From NCBI GenBank assembly GCA_964270895.1, contig OZ185442.1: a stretch of 64,000 nt of DNA. The stretch is one strand, 5' to 3'. Below the pieces are notes generated by a model that did not search any database, was not told where the DNA came from, and was given only the letters and a program-made list of their open reading frames with translations. Numbering within the stretch: the first letter of the stretch is position 1; every line of letters starts with the position of its first letter. The position numbers were made by a program, and so were the translations under genes. Positions 50,542 through 63,683 of this stretch are shown here, in pieces. This DNA is from Podarcis filfolensis (lineage: Eukaryota).

Positions 50542-53500
50542 ATGGAATCCTACCTGATCCACGTGAATGGCAAGACGTCCCCGCCCTCCATCCTCGATGT
50601 CCATGTCAGCCTCAATGGCGGGAAGGGCCCTTCTCCGGGCAAGGGGAAAAACCGCAAGGCCCACTGGGCCGTCAGGGCTTCCGAAATGTCCAAGAGGACC
50701 TTCAACCCCATCCGAGCCATTGTGGACAGCATGAAGGTGGAGCCCAACCACCAGAAGCCCCTGATCTCTCTGTCCATAGGTAAGCAGGTGGGCTATGGAG
50801 GGACCATGAGGTGGGGGCTCCTGCCAATGCCCCACCCTCAACTGACATGGATTCCCCTCATGTTTCCCCACAGGGGACCCAACTGTGTTTGGGAACCTCC
50901 CAACAGATGATGAGGTCATCCAAGCGATGAAGGAGGCCCTGGATTCTGGGCAGTATAATGGCTATGCCCCCTCAGTAGGTAAGTCCTGGGAGACGCTTTC
51001 AATGTATGCAGCCCCTATTTTGCTTTTGCTGCAAAAGTCTAACATGCCAACTCTTCTGGGAATCCTCTACACAGGTTACTTGTCTTGCCGGGAGGTGGTC
51101 GCAGGCTACTACACCTGCCCAGAAGCCCCCTTGGAAGCCCAGGTAACTGACTGCTGCATGCATTGCCATCTGACCTTGATGCTTGATGTTGCGAAAATTA
51201 GCTTTTGCAAACCCTGGCCAGCACCTCCGCAACTCACTGTACTGGAACTGGAGCTTGCCCAGAAAGGATCCTGGGCCTGGAATCTTTATTAGGAACCCAG
51301 GAAGCTGCTTTATACTGAGTCAGACAACTGGTCCACCTAACTTGGTATTGTCCACACTGACAGGCAACATCGTCTCTCCAGGGTTTCAGGCAGGGAGTCT
51401 CTCCCAGCCTAAGTTGATGCCAATGGGGATTTAACCTGGGACCTTCTGTATGCTAGCAGAGACCCACCCCCTTCATTCCAGCCTCCTGGCCAGGAATTTC
51501 GAGAAAGAGCCAGTGAAGAAACCTTTCCCTCCCACCTCCCTCCCCTCCTGTGCTTCTTCTGGGCTAGTCTTTCCTAGTGGTTGCTACCCGCCAGGCTCAC
51601 GGCTGCCTGCTCTGCTCCCTCTTCCTTTGCAGGATGTGATCCTGACAAGCGGCTGCAGTCAGGCCATTGAGCTGGCCCTGGCTGTGTTGGCCAACCCTGG
51701 GCAGAACATCCTGGTGCCACGGCCTGGTTTCTCCCTCTACAAAACCCTGGCTCTGTCCCTGGGCATCGAGGTCAAATTCTACAACCTCTTGGTAAGCTGG
51801 GGCAGGAGGTGGCGCAGCATACCCTCCCCACTGCCTGCAGAGAGGCATGGCACAAGCAGGAAGACAAGCAGGAGCTCCCTTGCAGGGCTCTGCCTGCCTC
51901 TCCACAGAGCTCAGGTATAAAGAAGGGCTGCCTGTGGACCCGGGTTCAAGGCCTGGGGACCTGTTCTCCATCTCCCCTTCTTTGGACTGGGCCCAAACCC
52001 AGGCTGGGAGGTGTTGCAGGGCTCTTGGAAGAGAAAAGGGAGGTCAGTATCCTGACCAGTTGACAGTTGCTCCAGCCGCCATCCCTTTTCACCTGCCCAG
52101 GACCTCTGGCCCACCCTGACCCCAGCAGGAAGCCTGGTCCATGGGCACCAGGCTGAGGTCCTGAAGTGGGGGCATTCCTCACCTCTTCCTCCTTTTTCTT
52201 CTCCCTGCAGCCAGAGAAATCGTGGGAAATTGACCTCAAGCAAATGGAGTCGCTGGTGGATGACAAGACAGCTTGCTTGATTGTGAACAACCCATCTAAC
52301 CCCTGTGGCTCCGTTTTCAGCAAAAGCCACCTCCAGAAGATCCTGGCAGGTGAGGATCCCTCTGTGTGTGTGTGTGTGTTTCTATCCCAGGCCTTGCTCT
52401 GGGGAAGAAACAAGAATCAGAGGGCTGACTAGATTTCTTTCTGTCTGTCTGTCTTTTCCTGCTCAGTTGCCTCCAGGCAGTGTGTCCCCATCTTGGCCGA
52501 TGAGATCTATGCTGACATGGTGAGTGAAGCAAAAGCACCCCTGGCCCCTCGGAAGGCCAAGCACAGCAGCTGGAACCCTTCTTCCCAGGAGAAGCCCCCT
52601 CCCACCTTCTGACACATGGCTGGGAAAGCAGGGAGTGGGGTGGGTCTGCCTGAGGTGGCTTGGTCTTCTTCCCAATCACAGCCAGCTGCACTAGCATCCC
52701 CCTTACCTGCTTTACACGCCCATTAGGTATTTCCATCACTACTTACTCTGGTATTCCTCCTTCTGCACTCCCTCCCCCCCACTAGGTGTTTGAAGACTGC
52801 AAATACGAGTCCCTTGCAAAGCTCAGCACCAACGTGCCTATCCTCTCATGTGGAGGCCTCGCCAAGCGGTGGCTGGTGCCTGGCTGGAGAATGGGCTGGA
52901 TTCTCATACATGATCGCAGGGAGATCTTTGGGAAGGAGGTAAGTTAGCAGAACTCGGTGCTGCCCTGACTTTCTGCACCCGGTCCAGGAGCTGGTGCGAT
53001 GGAGGAAAAGAGTTCATGCCCCTCACCACTTCACAGCCACCCTCTGAGCCTGATTCATGTAGTCTTTGTGCCCCAAGGCCCACTGTCTGTGCTAGGATGT
53101 CAAGGAGGCAGTGTCCCCTGCCTCCTGGGTCTGGTCAGTGAAAGACTGCCCCAGATGCCCCCTACTCCAAATGGGCTCTGAACAGGAACAAGTTGGTTTG
53201 AGTAGCAGCTGCTTCTTGAGAGGGCCAGGAGATCCCTCTCCCACTTCCTGTGCCCTCTACACCAGTGCGAGTTCTGCACAGGTTCCCTCCATTGTACCCA
53301 TGGTAGGATGCAGACTCTCTTTCCCACCTTCCCAGCTCTGCCTTTGGTTTGGGGGCACACTCAGCCACAAGAGGGCTCTCGGTGTGACTGCGGAACAGGT
53401 TGGGCGATTTCACTCTCTTAGATCAACTTGGGGATCAGGTAGTGCCCCTCCCTACTGAGCTCTCTCCCTCCCCTGTGCATCTTTCAGATTAGAGATGGCC

Positions 53501-56008
53501 TCTTGAGGCTGAGCCAGAGGATCCTGGGCCCCTGCACAGTTGTCCAGGGAGCTCTCAGCCGCATCCTTCGCCAGACATCCCCGGAATTCTACCACAACAC
53601 CCTCAGCTTTCTCAAGGTACATCCCTTCTCTTTGAAAGGAAAGGGAGAAAATAAATAGGAACAACACACGCATAAGTAAAAGCAGGACTAGACCAAAAGA
53701 GCTATTAAAAACAGAGTGCTCAAGCTTCACAAAGCCCCTCTTGCTTATCTCTCCCAACTCCTTGGAGGGCAACAGGGATGCTCCCCAGCCCATAAACACC
53801 ACTTGGGTGGTGGGAGTGGACAATGTGACTCCTCTCACCCTGGGGAGCTGCACTGGCCTGGAGGGGGCAAGGAGGTGCTCAGCACAGCACCCACAGCCCC
53901 TCCCTGTTTTGCCCTTTGGAACTGATTGGTTCATTTAATAATCCAGCTTGGCATGAATTGGTCAGTGAAACTGTTGCAGTTAAAATAATGTGCATATTAA
54001 TGAAATCTCTGCATAGATTCCTTTTTGAGATTCCATTGATATGCTAGTTCGGAAGGATGGACCTCAGCTCAATGGTAGAGCAATCTGCTTTGCACGCAGA
54101 AAGTCTGAGGTTCTACATCTCCAGGCAGAGCTTGGTGAGACTCTCTCTCTAAAACCCTGCAGGGCTGCTGCCTGTCAGTGCAGGCAATACTCAGCTGGAT
54201 GGGCCAATGGTACAAGGCAGTTTCCTATGCTCCTGTGAATGTTAGGCGTCCCTATTTTATATTTATCCAATGTAGTAATATATACTCTGAACTATTCCCC
54301 ACCACATAGCACATCAGAGCCAAACACTGTGTCAAAAGCTTTGCTCTTTTCAGCACTGGGAAGACCCAATATTCATGGCAGTGAGCATGGAAAGAAATGA
54401 CAGCTGCGGGATGGGGGGGCACTCTGGAATGCACACACCAGGAGCACTGGGAAAATAACACAGTGCAAGTGTGGACACAGCTGGCAAGCAGGTCACTTTT
54501 TTGTGGTCCCATCAGTTCCCAGGGTGGGCAGGTTTTAATTCATCAACAATGTGCCCTTTTAAGCCTTTATCCATGGTGAACGTGTTGGGTGGTCCCAGTG
54601 GGGACCTGGGATGCTTGTGCCTGCAATCTGACCTGACTCCTCCTCCTTCCCTTTGCAGTCCAATGCTGACCTCTGCTATGATGCCCTTTCCACTGTCTGC
54701 GGCTTGCAGCCTGTCCGGCCGTCGGGGGCCATGTACCTCATGGTGAGTGGCTCCCTGTCACTTGCAGAGCTTTGACCCTGAGATGGGCAAATGCCAGGCA
54801 GATCATCCCTAACTCTGTGTTTCCTCCTCTTCCTTGCTGCAGGTGGGCATTCAGATGGAACACTTTCCAGAGTTTGAGAATGATGTGGAGTTCACAGAGA
54901 GGCTCATTGCTGAGCAGTCCGTCTTCTGTCTGCCGGCCACGGTGAGCATCTTTATTTGCAAGAGAGTTATGGGAGGCCCTGGGAGTTACTGGAGCCCCGG
55001 GAGCTGTACTTGGCAGAGAAGAGGTACTTGGCTCGGCTCCACTTTCCTTGGGCCTCTGCTGCTCAGCTGGCCCCCACCTGCCTTTCCTCTCCTTTAGCTA
55101 GTCTTTCTTCTAGATGCTTGTGATTCGCAAGGCACTCCCACCATGCATGGCATGAGGGGACATTGCTTGCATTTCACAATCTCAGTGCCAGCTGGTTCAG
55201 CGCCCACACCCCTGGCTGCTGAACAATGGCACCTTGTGAGGTGCCGTGAGGCTCTCTTCCCCAGATCCCCAGCCGCTTGCTCCCTCCTGCTACGTGGGCC
55301 TTGGAGAATGGCCATTGCACTTGCCGGCAGCACCATTCCTTGAGACAAGCCTGCTGGATCAGGCCAATTGCCCATCTGGTCCTGCATCCTGTTCTCACAG
55401 TGGCTGACCAGAAGTCTGTGAGAAACTGACAAGCTGGTTTCTCAGCACTCCTTGTGTGGAACAACAAGCAAGGCAGAGACCCACCACAGGTGCTGTCACC
55501 ACGTTGCTTGCCCTCGGTCGACTCTACACTGACTAGCAGCAGCTCTCCCAAATCTCGCTTGGAGAGAGTGTCCCCTTGGCCAGACTGTTCCATTGGGAAA
55601 GGCAGGGAGATCAGCCAGGAATATTCTGCATGCAAAGCAGGAGGTGTTGACCCTCCCCTTAACATGCCCACCCCAAACTCCTTCACATTTATCCTACCCG
55701 GTCTTGGTGTCAGAGTCTGGTTTGTGCAGGATTTCCAAGGCACCAGAGATGGTCCTTCGAGGCTCCCGCGCCACTCCTTAGGGAGTCAGCCTTGTAAAGG
55801 ATCCACATGGTGGCTCCTGGCCCCTGATGCCATCTCAATGGTCCTCTTCTGCTTCTTCTGACAGTGTTTTGAGTACCCCAACTTCTTCCGTGTGGTGATC
55901 ACAGTGCCCGAGGAGATGATGGTGGAGGCCTGTCGGCGCATTCAGCAATTCTGCGAGAGGCACTACGAAGGCGGCGAAGGATCCCAGGACCTGGAATGTG
56001 ACAAGTAG
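50542..56008 (+). CDS. TAT: Tyrosine aminotransferase, 456 aa
   Basis: Coding exons 50542-50779, 50874-50978, 51075-51142, 51633-51791, 52211-52349, 52467-52519, 52786-52938, 53488-53616, 54659-54742, 54843-54941, 55865-56008. The PLP-lysine motif [18 protein letters not shown] is present, and the protein ends LECDK*. PolyA signal AATAAA at 56502-56507. Confidence 0.97.
54051..54234 (+). mobile_element. tRNA-derived SINE (Squam2-like) in TAT intron
   Basis: Head CTCAGCTCAATGGTAGAGCAATCTGCTTTGCACGCAGAA and tail AGGCAGTTTCCTATGCTCCT. Confidence 0.8.
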
Positions 56009-56893
56009 CTGAGGGTCCCTGCCTGCCCACCCGCCCTCCTGCCTGCCTGCCTCCACTCCTCCTGCAGGGAGTTGGGCTCACAGGGCCTGTGCCTCGCCAG
56101 CCCCTGTCCACTGGCTCAACACCACTTCTGTGTGCCACAGCCTCTGAAGCCCCCGCACAACCATGACACTTGCCTGGAAGTAGATCCCCACAGAGACACT
56201 CCTCCCCTGCAGGCCCCCTCCTGCCTGTGCCCAGGGCAGCCAAAGAACTCCAGCAGGCGCTGCTGGCACTGGGTGCTCCTGGCAGCCTCTGCAGTGGTGT
56301 GGTGTTGCTGGAGCCTCCCAGATGCCCTTGAGAAAGACCTGCCAGCACCCCAAGGCAGGGCCCTCCCAACCTGTCCTTCTGCAGAGACCGTGCTGAGTCC
56401 TGGGCTGGCACAGGCCACCGTGGGCACCCGTCTCCCCCTTTCCCCCACCCATGTCCTCCTGTGCCTGTTTGACGTTCATAAGTTATTATACCTTTTGTAT
56501 GAATAAATGCATGAAAAATACCTGGCCTTGTGACAAGATCTGGCTTTCTTTCCTCTGTGTGTCAAACTCTCTTCCAGCAGCAGCAGCCACTGCTGCAAGC
56601 AAAGCAAAGGCCAGGGGAAGACTCAGGGAGGCCTGGGCACTGCAAGAGTTCCTGGGACTCCTGGCCTGATATGGAGTCCCAGCAGGAGTGACACCTGCTT
56701 CTCGCTTTTCCATTTCGGCCAAGGGCAGTGTGGAAGGAAGAAGGGAGGAGGCCCCAGAGACATACCCATCTCCTCTTCTGAGTGTCCTTCACACCTTCAG
56801 ACCTATAATCTGCAATGTGGTTTAATAATAATTTCCTCTTCCCAGAAAACTCTGAGAACTGTGGCTCTGTGAAGGGAATAGGTGTCATCTAGC

Positions 56894-57219
56894 CAGGGGT
56901 GGAGGAAGGGGGGCAGTGGGGGCGGGGCACCCCAGGTGTCACCACTGAGGGGGGGCGTAACAAAATGCCAGGCAGCACTCACCGCAGGGCCTGCAGTGCG
57001 CCCGAGCCACGCGTCTCTCCTGAGAAAATGCCCCAAATGGTCCGCCCGCTGCCTCCCCCTCAGCTGTAGGGCAGCTGAGTGGGAGGAGGCAGGCAGAGTC
57101 CTCGGAGGCCCCGCAAAGCATCCTGCCCCAGCTGCCCTGCCCCGCGGGGGGCTGGCCCTGCCCCTGGGCGCAGGGCATGCGTGCCGCCCCAGGCGCCTGA
57201 TCGGCTTGCTTCGCCGCTG
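56894..57219. mobile_element. GC-rich non-autonomous hAT-like element, diverged
   Basis: Imperfect TIRs CAGGGGTGGAGGAAGG / GCTTGCTTCGCCGCTG and a 6/8 TSD CATCTAGC / CACCTAAC. There is a sharp GC step at both ends. Confidence 0.5.
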
Positions 57220-58297
57220 CACCTAACAAGTCTCAATACCCTTAACAAACTAGATTGTTTCCTGGAAGCCACGACTTTAAATTGGCATGATACTACTTTT
57301 AATATATAGGAGCAGATGAGAAGTACAGTGTACAACAAGATATACCAGCACTGAGCAGTTAAAATAAACAAAGGTAGTGCCAGAAAGGCAAATAAAAAGT
57401 CATTCACCAGGTGTCAAGAGTTTCCTGAGGGAGAGCAGTCCCATTTCAGGGATCCACATATCCTGAAAGGTCCTTTCCTGGCCATCTGTACTTCACTCCA
57501 AAATGAGGAGGTGCTTTGGGGCAGCACAGCTGTTGGTAGCCCTTTACTGCAGTAGTATTAGCCCTGCAACCTAGCATGGCCAGGTTCGCCTCTCTGAAGA
57601 TGGAGATATTATTATGGGAAAGTTCATCTAAAGCAGAATGCGAACTGGTCTAGTGTAATCATTTTCTCGGTGAACTGGGACTGCAATGGCAAAAAAAAGG
57701 AGGTTGGGTGGAATCTCTTGTGTTGACTGAGCACCCGTTTCCAGCAGTGAACAGCCTAATTGAGCAGGACTTAATCTCCACTCACCAGCTGATTCAGGAA
57801 ATGGTTTGCACTGCAACTTCCTGCTAAAACAGAGGCCTCCCCCCTGCCCTGTTTTAGCAAAAGTTTCTATGCAAACTTGCATAGGATGCCTTGCTAAAAC
57901 TATGGCAAACCCCTCTTTTTTAGCAGGCAGTTCTGAGACACACCTATTCCTGAATCAGGAAAGGGTGTGCATCAGAATCTCATACTGAAACGCATGGATT
58001 TTTAAACTATCATTTTAGCAGGGGATCTATAGTTACGCCTGCTAGGATGAGGAAAGAAACCATCCCCTTTGGAAGCACTTTGCCATCCTGATTTTGGGAC
58101 TTCAAAGTACCTTGCACATGACTTTGTTGTGCCATCATGTGATTGACAAGTTGGTGCTCCCACCCCACCAAATTTGGCCTGTGAGGCTGATCTGGATAAG
58201 GATCTAGCCCATGGAGTCACAAAGGTTCCCCTTCCTCCTGCTAATAAAAAGGTTAAGGGATCTTTGCATTTCCCCCTCTCTCATTTGTTTGACAGTG

Positions 58298-58493
58298 ACA
58301 TAGGAAGCTGCCTTGTGCACAGTGTCTAGCTCAGTTGTCTACACCGACTGAGTGTGGCTCTCCAGGGTTTCAAAACGAGGACATTCCTGGCCATACCTGG
58401 CGATGCTGCTGGGGAAGGTGTGTTGTTTTTGAATGTGGCACAGCTTCTGCATGCCAAGCAGCTGCTCTGCCACAGAGCTACAGTCTTTCCCCC
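58298..58493 (-). mobile_element. tRNA-derived SINE (Squam2-like), antisense
   Basis: The reverse complement matches the copies at 10692 and 54051. Confidence 0.75.
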
Positions 58494-58689
58494 TAAGAGA
58501 AACTTCCTGTTTAAAAGACGACAATATTCTTACAAAAGGTCGTATTTTACTGACAGCTGTAAACACTGAGTCAGTTTATAACTCTTTATGTGCTTTTTTA
58601 ATATGTTGACGTATTTTATTCAGGGGCTCTGGTGGCACTCCCTGGCAAATAACATATAACTCGGCTCCATCAAACATTAGCAGGAATCT

Positions 58690-59743
58690 CTCTTAAGCCC
58701 TGGCACAGGACCTTCCCACCGGCTTGGCACAGAGGCTGCTCTTCTCCTGCTTCTTCCAGCACTGCAAAGCAGCCCAGTGCAATCGCACTGCGTTCCTCTC
58801 CATTCCAACATTTCTGGCTCTCTAGAGTCATTTCTGGGCTGTTCTTCTGCCTCTCCTGGCCCTTTGATGGCAAGATAAAATTCCTGGGTAAACAGCCAAG
58901 GGCCTTTGTATATCCTGTCTGGTGCTGGGTGAGATGAGGGCTGATTTGGGCCAGAGGGAAGAGCCCTGCCCTGGTAGGCAACCTCCTTGGGATGCAGCAG
59001 TGGCGTACCACATGTTGCCAGCGCTTGGGGCAAGGCAAGAATGACTCCTAACCTCATTGTGGGCATCACAATGGAGGCAACAAGTGGACTTCATTTGCTG
59101 TGCACCTATGGTGGCCGCTCCTTGCAGAGGTCGTTGGATGGTAGCCACGTTTGCCCTCTCAGCTCAGCGAGGTCTGGTGGGCGTGGTGGCTGGCGCTCCT
59201 TGGCAGGCTTGGTGGCGTCCCAGCAGTGCTGGAGCCACAGCTGCAGCAGGTCTAGGAGGAGGGTGGAGGAGAGCAGGCTGAGGTGCCAAGCACAGCCCTT
59301 CTCCATCCGCCGCCTCTTGGTCATGCAGCGTGAGGACGAGCACCGGTGGGTTCCAGGCGAACGGGTGGCTCTCCTCTCTGCATTCCCACTGCAGGGTACA
59401 TGCCTTGTCCAAAAGTACATGCTGGGAGGAAGACCCCAGGGAAGGACAGGTGCAGACTGGAAAAAGTCTGAGCTCCCTCTGGTGGGAGGGGGTTGGTGAC
59501 CCTTTGCCAGCTGCAAGGAGATGGAGGCCTGGGCGTGGCTCACCTCCTCACAGGTCTGGAAGGTGGCAGCCACACAGCCTTGGCAAGGAAGCCTGTTGTA
59601 GGGGAGCTGGGCTGCTCCCCCTCAGAATTCTGCGCCCGGGGCCATGGCCACCGTCGCCCCCCACATGATGCCACTGGGATGCACTGAGATTCTGGTTTCA
59701 CTTGAGGGCATCAGGAAGGGGAGCACTGTGGAAGCTTTTCCAT
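58690..59743 (-). pseudogene. CHST4: Probable decayed CHST4-type sulfotransferase gene
   Basis: Syntenic position and orientation (convergent with TAT) and a span close to the roughly 1.1-kb single-exon CDS. Collinear frameshifted fragments VFL, QWE, MEKGC, KGPGE-x16-WR and LG..EEQ resemble recalled CHST4/CHST6 motifs. There is no intact ORF. Confidence 0.45.
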
Positions 59744-60120
59744 TGTTATGTACTGAGCTGAATCCTAGAACAATAGGATCCAGAATACAGCAGTCTGATT
59801 GGTCCACAGGAGCCACCCAATCCAGCTCCAGGTGGAAGTGAATCAGCAACGTGATTGGCCTGCAGGATCAGCTAATCAGGCTCCTGGATGAAGTGAATCA
59901 GCAACCTGATTGACCTGCAGGAGCAGCCAATCAGGCTTCTGGAGGAGGTGAATCCGCAACCTGATTGGCCTACAGGAGCAACCTGGAATCAGCCAATCAC
60001 ACGGGGCCCATTGTGTAAATAATGTATATATAGCTAGACGTTTTGGGGAAAGTTTCATTCATTGCTACTATGAGCTGAATAAAGAGCATGAAATTCACAC
60101 TCGACTCCGAGTATATTTCA
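59744..60120 (+). mobile_element. Solo LTR, 377 bp
   Basis: Starts TGT and ends TCA. Flanks are TCCAT / TCCAC (5 bp, 1 mismatch). It contains internal tandem CCAAT-containing repeats, a TATA-like TATATATAG near 60025, and AATAAA near 60078. Confidence 0.75.
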
Positions 60121-60249
60121 TCCACCATCCATGAACTTGCCCAGAGAAGCTTACCCTTACGGACAGCTCTCCCCCAAGCAGCAGCCGTTGAAGATTTCAT
60201 TCATTCTCCTCCCACAAATTTGCTTGTATTTGGGTCCCTAGCTTTGCAC

Positions 60250-63200
60250 TAATCTTTTTTTCTGTCATTTGATCCAAGAAGTTAATCTCCCTGTACATTG
60301 TGTTCACAAAGCCAGTAATGTAAGATAATCCGTTTCGCAAATATCACAGTTAGAGGAGGAATTTTGTCAAGCATCAGGACTGGAAGAAAACCATTGGGTC
60401 ATTTTGTCCAACGCCCCACCATGAGCTCACCCAACTGTGAGCTCGTCCACACTACAGCTTGCTCCACCGCTTACCCCTACGGAAACCTGTTCTTTACCAC
60501 TGAATCAGAGCAAATGGCAACTGGGTTTATTCAGGTTGATGTTTGCCCCGATTCAGTTCCAAAACAGTGGGTTTTCACAGGGAAAGCAGCAGGCCAAATA
60601 GAAAAATAGTCAGACCTGTGCCTAGAAAGCACGGGCCTAGTGGAAAACCTAGGCCAAGGGTGGGAAGTGTATACAAAAGCATGGGAGAACTTGGATACCT
60701 CTGTTCTTCCAGACTTCTGTTTTTGGAAACATAGATCCCAGGATCCAGTAATTAATCTGGCTGCTCTGCGACTCACCAAGCTGACCACTACCAGGGCCCT
60801 GACATGGCTCAATTGGCTAACTGATTGGGAAGGCTCTGGGAATTTTACCTATATCTCCCTGCAGGGAAATAGTATGGTGCATTATATTCTGATACCCACT
60901 AATTTGATGCCCTACGTGGCTGAGTTTTACATAGGTGATCCTATGCTCAGTGACCATCTCCCTCTATGTTGCAAACTTGTCTTTCCATTGAGGAAGTCAG
61001 AACAGTTAATTAATCCATCCCCCCAGGAACCAAGTCTCCAGCAGGATACGAGTTAACGAGCATACACTATCTCTTTTCCACAGCTTGGTGAATTCTGACC
61101 ATGTGATTCATTTGTTTTCAGTAGAGAAAGGTGAACTTTCCTCTGTTGTTGGAGTCACTCGGTTTGAGGAATTTATTGACACTCTAACAACTGAACTGTC
61201 TCATTTACACTTGCACAGGCCACCTAAGAAGAGGGGGATTGACGATTGGACTGACAAAGAAATCATAGCAATTAAAACCGAGGTCAGGAGAATCTATAGA
61301 GAGTTCAGAGAGACAGGCAGCTCTCGATTGCCTGACATTTACTTCTCCAGATCTCGACAACTTAGGGAAACTATCCAGCTCAGCCAGATAAGATATAGTC
61401 AGGCATGTTGGGATACACTACTCTCAACCATCCTAAAGAAAGATTATAAGAAATTTTGGAAGGCTGTAGCAGACTCCCCACAGATACAGGATGATTCGCT
61501 GGCGTTGATTCCATCATTGTCATGGGTAAAGCATTTTAATGCGGTTTTTCTTCGATGACTGTATTCCACCTGATAGTCAGGACCATGCCAATTTTACTTT
61601 CGTGGATGAGTGGGCCCCTGTCTCCATCACCAAAGTTATAACGTTAATTGACCAGATGAAAGCAGGAAAGGCTGCTGGCCCTGATGCTATTCCATCTGAA
61701 TTGATCAAAGCCAAGCCAGAGTGGTGGCCTCTGATACTAGTGGAACTATTCACTATGATAGATAGATCTGGTATCATACCTAACTCATGGCAGCAATCTA
61801 TAATTATCCCAATCTTTAAAAAAGGTGACAAAAAGCTGACATCAAATTATTGGCCAATAAGTCTACTGTCAAACATTGGGGAATTGTATGCCAAACATCT
61901 GTTAAATAAACTAACTACTTGGTTGATGAGAATAACATCATAGGTCCAGAGCAGGCAGGGTTCAGGCCAGGGAAATCTATTTTACGCAACTGTTTGGTGT
62001 TATCTTATTTAGCCACTAAGTACAAGCGACTTCATAAAGAATGTCTTTATGTGGCCTTCCTTGATATCAAGGCTGCTTTTGACACTGTCAACAGGGGGCT
62101 GTTATGGTCCAAATTGGAAACAATGGGCCTGGAACCTAGATTACTTTACTTGATCAAAAAGCTTAACACAAAGAACACCTGTCGTATAAGAACAACACCA
62201 GGGAATGTAATGACAGATCGTGTCGTTATAAACAGAGGTGTAAAGGGCTGTGTACTCGCTCCCTCTCTTTTTAATCTTTTTCTTAAGGACCTCGCTTCTT
62301 TACTAAAACAGGTGGATGCCCACAGCCCAAAACTCAATGCATCAAGCATTCCCATCCTTCTATACGCAGATGATATGATTTTGCTTTTACGGACAAGAAT
62401 TGGGCTAAAACATTTGTAAAATTACTGTATTGACTATCTGTCCAGAATGAAATTGTGCATGAACTTTGATTAAGGCAAAATAATGGTTTTGGGGAATTCA
62501 CACATATAGCTGGGTATTTAGTGGAAAACACATCCAGCAGGTATTCGAATTCAACTACCTGGGAATCACATTCCATAATGGGCTACTATGGTCCTCGCAC
62601 CGTGCAACGGCAGTGAATGCCAGTAAGATGTCTATGCAGGCCATAATGCGTTTCTTTATAACAAGAGGTAATTCACATATCCCTTCTGCCCTCAAGGTCT
62701 TCAGCGCCAAAGTTATAGCTCAATTGCTCTACGGCATTCCAGTCTGGCAGCCAGGGTAGAACGAGTGCAGGCAGCTTTCCTTTTTAAGAATTTTGCCGTC
62801 CCACATTGTGTAGCCTTTGCAGCCTTGTGTCTAGAGGGAGGTCAACACAAGGTAGAGACCATAGCTGGGCGAGATTTCTTACATGCTGGTTAAACATCTG
62901 CCTCACAACAGATAAAGATCCTCTCCTTAGTGAAGTTTTGCTAGATCCCTTTCTTTCCCTAGGGCTACAACGGGCTACCTTTAACATAAAGCCTAGGGCT
63001 ACCTTTAACATAAAGGTACAGCAACTTGGGCTGTCAGTGGAATTTTGCAATCGATGTCCCCACCATCTGCCAGGGCTATAATAAAGACTAGGTTGTGGGA
63101 CATTGAACTCCAGGAACTAACAGCAGCAGCAGAGAAAACATGCTCCCCTCTTAACTTTCAACTTTCTTGGGCACATGAAATTAACCACAATTATCTTGAA

Positions 63201-63683
63201 TTTTTGCTTAATCCTCAAGAAAGAAGAGCATTTTTGCTGGCCAGGTTTAATTCAAATCCTTCAAACCTCCTATAAGGAAGGTTCTCGAGAATGGTGGAAG
63301 GAGAAAGAATTTGCCCATGTGAAGACCATCAGGTGGAAACTCTTACACATATGGTTCTTAAATGTAAACTATATGTTGATCTCCGCCAGCAGTTCCTAAA
63401 TCAACTCTGCATCCCCAAATGGAAACCAGAGTTAGAGGTCATATATTTTCTATTTTTGGGGAATAATCAGGAGCTCACCAAGTTAGTGGCTAAATATCTT
63501 TATCTGGTTTTTGTTGTCGAAACACACTGCAGACGTCTGATCTCCCTGGAGACATGTAATGTTAGACTGCTCTGCCTCTTTCATCTGACAAATGTTTTGT
63601 GTCACTGGGAAGGCGGTAATTCTGTACTAATTTGCTATGGATGTTTGTATGTGATGCCAATAAAAGGTTTGATGATGATGATG
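60250..63683 (+). mobile_element. Degraded non-LTR retrotransposon (APE endonuclease + RT + C-terminal Cys/His), possibly RTE-X-like
   Basis: EN fragments FTYISLQGNS..HY and SDHLPL. RT fragments EQAGFRPGKS, FLDIKAAFDTV and LLYADD. C-terminal CPC..ETLTHMVLKC. It ends AATAAA then (TGA)n. Many stops and frameshifts; the 5' boundary is uncertain. Confidence 0.85.

Noticed and set aside
54051-54125. tRNA-like sequences here and at 10692, 15900 and 43117
   Set aside because: They have no intact cloverleaf and continue into shared SINE bodies, so they are SINE heads rather than tRNA genes.
58905-58915. IYK match to CHST4
   Set aside because: Its spacing to neighbouring motifs does not fit the protein, so it is not counted as evidence for the pseudogene.
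59790-60010. Regular repeats as a CRISPR-like array
   Set aside because: They are tandem units without unique spacers, inside a eukaryotic LTR.
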